Below, piece by piece: positions 8,082-14,773 of a stretch of DNA of 28,340 nt. The notes beneath the pieces are model-generated. The model saw only the letters and a list, made by a program, of their open reading frames with translations. It was not told the DNA's origin and did no database searches. A program made the position numbers and the translations under genes. Position 1 is the first letter of the stretch. Every line of letters starts with the position of its first letter. This stretch comes from Oscillospiraceae bacterium (GTDB taxonomy: Bacteria; Bacillota; Clostridia; Oscillospirales; UBA929): assembly GCA_031258665.1 (NCBI GenBank), contig JAIRML010000288.1:1-28340 (forward strand). The letters are read 5' to 3'.

Positions 8082-9044
8082 GTGGAGTGGCTGTCGGTGG
8101 AAATCGATACGGCGCATGAGGGCGTGGACGCGGTGTGCGCCGGGCTGTCCGTGTGGGGGGTAGAGACCCTCGCGATTCAGGACGAGGCCGAGTTTCGCGC
8201 TTTTTTTGAGACGGACCGCCGGGCGTGGGAGCTGGTGGACGACGCCCTGTGCCGCCGCCTGGAGGGTGTCTGCCGCGTGGGGTTCTACCTGCCGGCGGAC
8301 GAAGACGGGCGGCGCACGCTGGCGCGTGTGCGCGCGGGTCTGGGCGCGCTGCGGGCGGGCAGCCCCGGGGCGGATCTGGGCACGCTGGCGCTGCGGGTGG
8401 AGACCGTGCGCGACGAGGACTGGGCCGAGAGCTGGAAGCAATTCTACAGGCCCTTGCCCGTCGGCCGCCGCCTGCTGATCCAACCGGCCTGGGAACCCGT
8501 CGCGGACCCGGAGGGCCGGGCGGTGTTCCTCAACAACCCCGGCATGAGCTTCGGCACGGGCGAACACGAGACCACGTTTTTGTGTCTGGAGGCGCTGGAG
8601 CGGCGGGTGCGGGGCGGAGAACACCTGCTGGACCTCGGCTGCGGTAGCGGTATCCTGGCCATCTGCGCGCTCTTGCTGGGGGCCGCGCGGGCCGACGCGG
8701 TCGACATCGACCCCCACGCGGTGCGGACGGCGCGCGAAAACGCCGCGCGCAACGGCCTGACGGCGCCCCGGTTTCGGGCCTCGGTCGGTGACCCGCTGGC
8801 GGGGACAGCGCCGCTCGCGCCGCCTTACGACCTGGTGACGGCCAATATTGTGGCGGATGTGGTGATCGCGCTGTGCCCGCGCGTGTCCGCGTGGGTCCGC
8901 GCCGGCGGCCTGTTTGTGGTCTCGGGGGTCATTGGGGCGCGGCTGGCGGAGGTGCGCGCGGCGCTCCAAGGCGCCGGCTTTGCCCTGGACGCGGCGCACG
9001 CGCTGCGCGACTGGCACTGCCTGACCGCCCGCAAGACGCCTTGA
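8082..9044 (+). CDS. prmA: Ribosomal protein L11 methyltransferase
   Basis: GTG start after GGGGGAG. Motifs DEDWAESWKQFY, PGMSFGTGEHETT, SAM-binding LDLGCGSGILAI, DIDP.AV and ANIVAD. Confidence 0.95.
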   Translation: MEWLSVEIDTAHEGVDAVCAGLSVWGVETLAIQDEAEFRAFFETDRRAWELVDDALCRRLEGVCRVGFYLPADEDGRRTLARVRAGLGALRAGSPGADLGTLALRVETVRDEDWAESWKQFYRPLPVGRRLLIQPAWEPVADPEGRAVFLNNPGMSFGTGEHETTFLCLEALERRVRGGEHLLDLGCGSGILAICALLLGAARADAVDIDPHAVRTARENAARNGLTAPRFRASVGDPLAGTAPLAPPYDLVTANIVADVVIALCPRVSAWVRAGGLFVVSGVIGARLAEVRAALQGAGFALDAAHALRDWHCLTARKTP

Positions 9045-9133
9045 GAGGCGCCCCTGTATCGGGAAAAGCTCCGGCGCGGGCGCCGGGCACGAGTTTTTGG
9101 AGGCGCCGGGAAGAGAACAGGAGGGAAAACGCC

Positions 9134-9451
9134 ATGACGGTGGAAAGAGCGAAGCGGATGTATATGCCGATGACAGAGACGATGTATTACATCTTGTTGT
9201 CTCTGATCGAACCGCAGCACGGATATGGGATCATGCGGCATGTGGAGCGCATCACAAATGGGCGGATCCGCTTGGGGGCGGGCACCGTGTACAACAGCCT
9301 GGGCAAGCTGCAGGCCGACAACCTGATCGAACTGATTGCCGAGTCGGACCGGCGGAAGATCTATCTCATCACCGAGGCGGGGCAGGGGCTGATCGAAGCC
9401 GAGCTGAAGCGCCTCGAAGAACTGAGCGCCAACGGGCGGCAGGCGATGTAG
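9134..9451 (+). CDS. PadR-family transcriptional regulator
   Basis: GGAGG RBS. ILLSL..P.HGYGIM, GAGTVYNSL.KL and RRKIY.IT.AG match the PadR winged-helix pattern. Confidence 0.9.
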   Translation: MTVERAKRMYMPMTETMYYILLSLIEPQHGYGIMRHVERITNGRIRLGAGTVYNSLGKLQADNLIELIAESDRRKIYLITEAGQGLIEAELKRLEELSANGRQAM

Positions 9452-9463
9452 AGGGCGCGCCTT

Positions 9464-9492
9464 TTGACATTTGCACCGACCTGTGTCATAAT
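9464..9492 (+). promoter_or_regulatory. Sigma-A promoter for thrS
   Basis: TTGACA-17 bp-CATAAT with an extended -10 TG. Confidence 0.8.
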
Positions 9493-9525
9493 ACAAACAG
9501 AGACGCGGCGCGAGGGGCCCGTCAC

Positions 9526-9674
9526 GCTTTGGCACATTGCGGCCGCTTCGCGGCAGCAAGAAAACGAGAATGTGGGCCCTGGGCTGCGGGTGCGGCCCAC
9601 ATGGGCGCCTTGCGGCCGCTTCGCGGCGGCGGAAAAACGAAAATTTGAGTTGTGGGCTGCGGGTGCGGCCCACA
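9526..9674 (+). repeat. REP-like two-hairpin element, locus D (two tandem units, period 73 bp)
   Basis: TTGCGGCCGCTTCGCGGC at 9537 and 9610, each followed by an A-rich spacer and GGGCTGC-GGGT-GCGGCCC ACA. Confidence 0.85.
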
Positions 9675-9693
9675 TTGAGAAAGGGTGGGACAT

Positions 9694-11442
9694 ATGGCGG
9701 AATTTCCCCTGTCCACATTGCGGCACAGCGCATCCCATATTTTGGCGCAGGCGGTGCTTCGCCTGCATCCGGGCGCGAAGCTGGCCATCGGCCCCGCCAT
9801 CGAACATGGGTTTTACTACGACTTTGACGTAGAAAAACCCTTTGCCGCCGAGGAGCTGGAGGCGTTGGAAAAAGAGATGAAGCGCATTGTCCGCGAGCGC
9901 TACCGCGTCGAGAGTTTCACGCTGCCGCGCGCGGAGGCGTTGGCGCTCATGGAGAACCAGCCCTACAAGCAGGAGATGATCCGTGAGCTGCCGCCGCAGG
10001 AGCCCATTCGGTTTTACAAACAGGGGGAATTCACCGACCTGTGCGCCGGCCCCCATGTCGACCACACCGGGCGGGTGAAGGCCTTCAAGCTCCTCTCCGC
10101 GACCGGGGCTTACTGGCGGGGCGACAGCAGCCGGAAGATGCTCTGCCGGATTTATGGCACGGCCTTTGACAACAAAGAAGATCTGGAGCGTCGCCTGACG
10201 GCGTTGGAGGAGGCCAAAAAGCGGGACCACAACCGCCTCGGGCGCGAGCTTGAGTTCTTTACCACTGTCGATTACATCGGGCAAGGCCTGCCGATCCTTA
10301 TGCCGAAGGGCGCGCGCGTCATCCAGATCCTGCAGCGCTTTGTCGAGGACGAGGAGCAGCGGCGCGGGTACCTGCTGACCAAGACGCCCCTGTTTGCCAA
10401 ACGCGAACTCTATCAGATCTCCGGCCATTGGGACCACTACCGAGACGGCATGTTCATCATGGGTCCGGAGGACGACGAGGAGGCCGATGTCTTTGCCCTG
10501 CGGCCGATGACCTGTCCGTTTCAGTTCATGGTCTATCTCTCCCGCACGCGTTCGTACCGGGACTTGCCGATGCGCCTGAACGAGACCTCGACGCTGTTTC
10601 GCAACGAGGCCTCCGGCGAGATGCATGGGCTCATCCGGGTGCGGCAGTTCACGATCTCGGAGGGGCACATCGCCTGTACGCCGGAACAGCTCGAAGAGGA
10701 GTTCAAAGACTGCCTCGACCTCGCCGCCTTCATGCTGAGGGCCGTGGGGCTGGACGACGATGTCTCCTACCGCTTCTCCAAGTGGGATGAAAACAACCGG
10801 GAGAAGTACATCGGCTCGCCCGAACAGTGGAACGATGTGCAGGGCCGCATGCGCGGCATCTTGAACCACATGGAGATCGCCTACGAGGAGGCGGACGGCG
10901 AGGCGGCGTTTTACGGCCCGAAGCTGGACATTCAGATCCGCAACGTCCACGGCAAGGAGGACACGCTGATCACGATCCAGATCGACTTTCAGCTCGCGGA
11001 GCGCTTCGGCATGGAATACACCGACAGAGACGGTGTGAAGCGGCACCCCTACGTGCTGCACCGCACCTCCATCGGCTGCTATGAGCGGACGCTGGCGCTG
11101 CTGATCGAAAAATACGCGGGCGCGCTGCCGCTGTGGCTTGCGCCGACGCAAGTGGCTGTCCTGCCCATCACCGAGCGGCAGCACGACTACGCGCACGGGC
11201 TGTGCAATAGGCTCCGCGCGGCGGGTTACCGCGTGGAACTGGACGAGCGCAACGAGAAGATCGGCTTTAAGATCCGCGAGGCGCAAGTGCAGAAAGTGCC
11301 CTATATGCTCGTCGTGGGCGACAAGGAGACCGAGGCGGGGCAGGTGTCGGTGCGTGACCGGCGCCAGGGCGATCTCGGCGCCATGTCGCCGGACGACTTT
11401 GAGGCGCGGCTGGCCGGCGAGGTGGCGCGGCGGGTGCTGTGA
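9694..11442 (+). CDS. thrS: Threonine--tRNA ligase (short form, apparently lacking the N-terminal TGS domain)
   Basis: RHSASHILAQAV, GFYYDF, DLCAGPH, RDHNRLG, LRPMTCP, RVRQFTISEGH, FYGPKLD and HRTSIG motifs, plus a C-terminal anticodon-binding domain. Confidence 0.98.
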   Translation: MAEFPLSTLRHSASHILAQAVLRLHPGAKLAIGPAIEHGFYYDFDVEKPFAAEELEALEKEMKRIVRERYRVESFTLPRAEALALMENQPYKQEMIRELPPQEPIRFYKQGEFTDLCAGPHVDHTGRVKAFKLLSATGAYWRGDSSRKMLCRIYGTAFDNKEDLERRLTALEEAKKRDHNRLGRELEFFTTVDYIGQGLPILMPKGARVIQILQRFVEDEEQRRGYLLTKTPLFAKRELYQISGHWDHYRDGMFIMGPEDDEEADVFALRPMTCPFQFMVYLSRTRSYRDLPMRLNETSTLFRNEASGEMHGLIRVRQFTISEGHIACTPEQLEEEFKDCLDLAAFMLRAVGLDDDVSYRFSKWDENNREKYIGSPEQWNDVQGRMRGILNHMEIAYEEADGEAAFYGPKLDIQIRNVHGKEDTLITIQIDFQLAERFGMEYTDRDGVKRHPYVLHRTSIGCYERTLALLIEKYAGALPLWLAPTQVAVLPITERQHDYAHGLCNRLRAAGYRVELDERNEKIGFKIREAQVQKVPYMLVVGDKETEAGQVSVRDRRQGDLGAMSPDDFEARLAGEVARRVL

Positions 11443-11455
11443 CGCCCCAAAAAGC

Positions 11456-11475
11456 GGCCGCCCTTTCGGGCGGCC
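11456..11475. other. GC-rich stem-loop downstream of thrS
   Basis: GGCCGCCC-TTTC-GGGCGGCC. No U-tract follows on the plus strand, so a terminator role is uncertain. Confidence 0.4.
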
Positions 11476-11665
11476 AAGTGGGTTATGGGATAAAGACAGG
11501 CGGCCACGCAACCGCCGGGGCCGGGCGCCCGAAAGCAGTTGCCCTGCGCCGGCTATCCATAGCGTATCACAATTTCCTTAATTTGTAAATTAGAAGTTTT
11601 GTCGTTTTTCCGCGAAGGGGTGCCCGGCCGCAAAAAAGGTGGGGCGCCCGGAGGGAGGAAGGCGC

Positions 11666-12568
11666 GTGAGAGATCTGATCATTGTGGGCGGCGGCCCGGC
11701 GGGGCTGACCGCCGCCATTTACGCCGCGCGTGCCGGTCTGTCCGTCACCGTGGTGGAGAGGGGCTTTGCGGGCGGGCAGATGGCCGCCACAACCGACATC
11801 GTCAACTACCCCGGCTTCGAGACCATCGACGGCGCGGAGCTCGCCCGGCGCATGGAGGTCCACGCGCGCGGGCTGGGCGCCGAGGTGCTGACAGGGGAGG
11901 TGCGGGCGCTGTGGCTGAAGCCGGGTGCGCTGACTGTCGTGACCGAATCGGAGCTGCCGGCCCGCACGCTGATCCTCGCGATGGGTACGCGGCGGCGCAA
12001 GCTGGCGGTCCCCGGGGAGGAACGGCTGACCGGGCGGGGTGTCTCTTACTGCGCCATATGCGACGGCGCTTTCTTCAAGGACCGGGATGTGGCGGTGGTT
12101 GGCGGCGGCGACACGGCGCTGGCAGACGCCGCCTATCTGGCCGGCGTCTGCCGGCGGGTGACGCTGGTACACCGGCGTGACGCGTTCCGCGGCGGCCGGC
12201 GCCTTGAGGAGATCCTGCGCCGGCTGCCGAATGTGACGCTCCGGCTCGGGCAGGTGGTCGAGGAGATCTTGGGGGACAAGGCCGTGCAGGCGATCCGGGC
12301 GCGGGATGTGAAGACGCAGGCGGCGGAGGCGCTGCCGGTGTCGGCCGTCTTTGTGGCGGTGGGCGTCGTGCCGGACACCGCGCTGCTGCGCGGGTCGCTG
12401 CCGCTGGATGCGGAGGGGCGGGTGGAGGCGCCCGAGGATGGGAGCACCCAGGTTCCCGGCGTGTTTGTGGCCGGCGACCTGCGGCAAAAACCCATCTATC
12501 AAATCGTAACCGCCTGTGCCGACGGAGCCATGGCCGCCACGGCGGCGGCGCGGTTCTTGCGGGGGTAG
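11666..12568 (+). CDS. trxB: Thioredoxin-disulfide reductase
   Basis: GTG start after GGAGG. FAD motif IIVGGGPAGLTAAIY, redox centre GVSYCAICDG, NADPH motif VVGGGDTA..HRRD, and GVFVAGD. Confidence 0.95.
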   Translation: MRDLIIVGGGPAGLTAAIYAARAGLSVTVVERGFAGGQMAATTDIVNYPGFETIDGAELARRMEVHARGLGAEVLTGEVRALWLKPGALTVVTESELPARTLILAMGTRRRKLAVPGEERLTGRGVSYCAICDGAFFKDRDVAVVGGGDTALADAAYLAGVCRRVTLVHRRDAFRGGRRLEEILRRLPNVTLRLGQVVEEILGDKAVQAIRARDVKTQAAEALPVSAVFVAVGVVPDTALLRGSLPLDAEGRVEAPEDGSTQVPGVFVAGDLRQKPIYQIVTACADGAMAATAAARFLRG

Positions 12569-12740
12569 GGAGATTTTATACGGCGGGCGACGCCCGCCGC
12601 GCCTGGGAGCCATGGCCGCCACGGCGGCATCGCGGTTCTTGCGGGGGGAGGGGGAGTTTATACGGCGGGCGACGCCCGCCGCGCCTGGAGGAGCCATGGC
12701 CGCCACGGCGGCATCGCGGTTCTTGCGGGGGTAGGGAGAG
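12524..12740 (+). repeat. Tandem triplication of the trxB 3' end (period 82-84 bp)
   Basis: GGAGCCATGGCCGCCACGGCGGC..CGCGGTTCTTGCGGGGG starts at 12524, 12606 and 12690. The third copy is partial. Confidence 0.92.
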
Positions 12741-12744
12741 AGAT

Positions 12745-13896
12745 ATGCTGATTTACCATGCCGAGCTGCACACGATGGACGGCGCTGTTTTGGCGGGGGG
12801 GTGGGTGCGCACGGAGGGCGCGCGCATCCATTCGGTGGGTCCCCCGGAGACGTGCCCCGCCGCGGGCCCGGACGACATAGACGCCGCCGGCGCGGTGGTG
12901 ACACCCGGCTTCATTGACGCCCACTGTCACATCGGTGTCTTTGAGGACGCCGTGGGGGAGATGGGCGAGGACGGCAACGAGGCCTCCGACCCCGTCACGC
13001 CGCATATGCGGGGGCTCGACGCCGTCAACCCGCGGGACCGCTGTTTCGCCGACGCGCGCCGCGCCGGCGTCACCACCGTGGTCACCGGGCCGGGCAGCGC
13101 CAACCCGGTGGGCGGACAGATGGCCGCGCTGAAGACAGACGGCCGCCGCGTGGACGACATGGTCCTGCGCGCGCCCGCGGCCATGAAGTTTGCCATGGGG
13201 GAGAACCCAAAGCGCACGTACGCCGGACGGAAGGCCGCCCCCTTTACGCGCATGGGGACGGCGGCGCTCATCCGCGAGGCGCTTTTTCAGGCGCGCGCCT
13301 ACGGGGCGCGCAAGGAGAAGGCGGCGCGGAGCGGCGGCGACCCGCCGGACTACCATATGAAGTGGGAGAGCCTGCTGCCCGTGCTCGCGGGCGCGATGCC
13401 GGCCCATATCCACGCCCACCGCGCCGACGACATCTTTACGGCGCTGCGCATCGCGCGGGAGTTTGCGCTGGACGCCGTCATCATCCACGGCACGGACGCG
13501 GCCTCGGTGGCCGACCTGTTGGCGGCGGAGCGCGTGCCCGTTGTCGCCGGGCCGCTGCTTGTCGACCGTTCGAAGCCGGAGCTCGGGAGTCTGTCGTTTG
13601 CGCTGCCGGCCGCGCTGTACCGGGCCGGCGTTCCGGCCGCGCTGTGCACCGACGCGCCGGTCGTCCCCCCGGAGTACCTCCCGCTGTGCGCGGGCCTCGC
13701 GGCCAAGGCGGGCCTGCCGGCGGAGGAGGCGCTGCGCGCCGTCACCGCCGCCGCCGCCGCCATCGCCCGGCTCGACCACCGCGTGGGCCGGCTGCGTCCG
13801 GGCCTGGACGCGGACATTGTCATCTGGCGCGGCCCCCCGCTGTCGCTGGAGGCCGCCCCCGCGGCCGTGTTTCTCTCGGGCCGGCGGGCCCGGTGA
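12745..13896 (+). CDS. Metal-dependent amidohydrolase (imidazolonepropionase-like family)
   Basis: VTPGFIDAHCHIG metal-binding motif, K in MKFAMGENPK, HAHRADDI, IHG, TDAP and G.L..GLDADIVIW. Confidence 0.88.
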   Translation: MLIYHAELHTMDGAVLAGGWVRTEGARIHSVGPPETCPAAGPDDIDAAGAVVTPGFIDAHCHIGVFEDAVGEMGEDGNEASDPVTPHMRGLDAVNPRDRCFADARRAGVTTVVTGPGSANPVGGQMAALKTDGRRVDDMVLRAPAAMKFAMGENPKRTYAGRKAAPFTRMGTAALIREALFQARAYGARKEKAARSGGDPPDYHMKWESLLPVLAGAMPAHIHAHRADDIFTALRIAREFALDAVIIHGTDAASVADLLAAERVPVVAGPLLVDRSKPELGSLSFALPAALYRAGVPAALCTDAPVVPPEYLPLCAGLAAKAGLPAEEALRAVTAAAAAIARLDHRVGRLRPGLDADIVIWRGPPLSLEAAPAAVFLSGRRAR

Positions 13897-13926
13897 CGGA
13901 AAGGGGTGGCGGAATCCCGCCGCGCG

Positions 13927-13935
13927 TGGTATACT
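13927..13935 (+). promoter_or_regulatory. Extended -10 promoter element upstream of hpf
   Basis: TGGTATACT (TGn + TATACT). No convincing -35. Confidence 0.45.
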
Positions 13936-14005
13936 GGGGGAGAGGAGACCGGGCTGGGCGCCGGTTGTCTTACAGATACATCCCGGTTGGAAGGAGATGT
14001 TCGAA

Positions 14006-14542
14006 TTGAGAGTCCAATTTACCGACAAAAAGGTGGAGGTGTCCGACGCGCTGCGTGAGTACGCGGAAAAAAAACTGACCAAGCTGGACCGCTACTTCAA
14101 ACACGACGCCGAGGCGCGTGTGGTGTTTGCCGTGGAGCGGGGCCGCCACCAGGTGGAGATCACCGTCTCCCACAGCGGGACGGTGTACAGGGCCTCCGAG
14201 TCCACCAACGATATGTATGCGGCCATCGACAGCGCCGTGGCCTATATCGAGCGGCAGATTCACAAGTTCAAGACAAAGCTCGAAAAGCGGCTGCGCCAGG
14301 GCGCGTTTGAGCGCGAGGTGCCCACCGCCATGGCCGACCCGACGGTGGATGAGGAGTACGAGTTCAACATCATCCGCGTGAAGAGATTTGCCTTCAAGCC
14401 GATGACGCCGGAGGAGGCGATTCTCCAGATGAACCTCTTGAATCACGAGTTCTTCGCGTTTCGCAACTTTGAAAACGGGGGCGTTTTCGCCGTGGTCTAC
14501 AGGCGCAACGACGGCGGATACGGCCTGATCGAGGAACACTGA
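14006..14542 (+). CDS. hpf: Ribosome hibernation promoting factor, long form
   Basis: TTG start 9 nt after AAGGAG (the ATG at 13997 abuts the RBS). LREYAEKKL.KL, DMYAAIDSAV..IERQI.K.K, and C-terminal KPMTPEEAILQMNLLNHEFF..F.N and VVY.R.DG.YGLIE. Confidence 0.95.
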   Translation: MRVQFTDKKVEVSDALREYAEKKLTKLDRYFKHDAEARVVFAVERGRHQVEITVSHSGTVYRASESTNDMYAAIDSAVAYIERQIHKFKTKLEKRLRQGAFEREVPTAMADPTVDEEYEFNIIRVKRFAFKPMTPEEAILQMNLLNHEFFAFRNFENGGVFAVVYRRNDGGYGLIEEH

Positions 14543-14610
14543 TGTGGGTTACCTGCAACCCACAACCCAGATTCCTGTTTTTTATTGCCGCGAAGCGGCA
14601 ATAGGGTACT
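14543..14610 (-). repeat. REP-like two-hairpin element, locus E
   Basis: Starts 1 nt after the hpf stop. Reverse complement reads GTACCC TATTGCCGC-TTC-GCGGCAATA AAAAACAGGAATCT GGGTTGT GGGTTGCAGGTAACCC ACA. Confidence 0.88.
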
Positions 14611-14625
14611 GACGGGTACACAGCG

Positions 14626-14661
14626 CGGGGCGCGGCCGCTTTGGCCGCGCCCCGATTTCCT
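14626..14661 (+). terminator. Probable terminator after hpf
   Basis: 12-bp stem CGGGGCGCGGCC-GCTTT-GGCCGCGCCCCG followed by ATTTCCT (weak U-tract). Confidence 0.5.
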
Positions 14662-14712
14662 ATCAATCATAAGATCGCAGACCATTTTGTAAAATAATAT
14701 AGTGAATTCGAC

Positions 14713-14730
14713 TATAATGGATGCTATAAT
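14713..14730 (+). promoter_or_regulatory. Candidate -10 elements for the GH55 operon
   Basis: Two TATAAT hexamers 12 bp apart. The second has a TG extension. No good -35. Confidence 0.5.
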
Positions 14731-14773
14731 AAAACGGCAGCAACATTGAGAAGAGAAAGGAAGTGCTTTGTTT

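Noticed and set aside
9526-9674. CRISPR or intrinsic-terminator interpretation of the two-hairpin elements
   Set aside because: There are no unique spacers. The hairpins lack a downstream U-tract, and copies occur inside a leader and a coding region where termination would be disruptive.
9681-9696. T-box riboswitch core AAGGGTGGGAC
   Set aside because: It lacks the following CGCG, and there is no stem I or specifier loop and no terminator. It coincides with the RBS position, so it is not called as a feature.
7668-11511. Long minus-strand ORFs 7668-9017 and 9361-11511
   Set aside because: Antisense shadows of prmA and thrS with no recognisable motifs or RBS.
11476-11560. Possible small RNA between thrS and trxB
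   Set aside because: GC-rich and foldable, but I could not match any tRNA, SRP, 6S, tmRNA or riboswitch signature. An Rfam scan would be needed.
12524-12740. CRISPR array interpretation of the 82-84 bp repeats
   Set aside because: The intervening segments are near-identical rather than unique spacers, the first copy is trxB coding sequence, and there are no cas genes.
11567-14082. Minus-strand ORFs 11567-12904 and 12658-14082 with internal repeated peptides
   Set aside because: Shadows of trxB and the amidohydrolase. Their repeats simply reflect the trxB 3' triplication.
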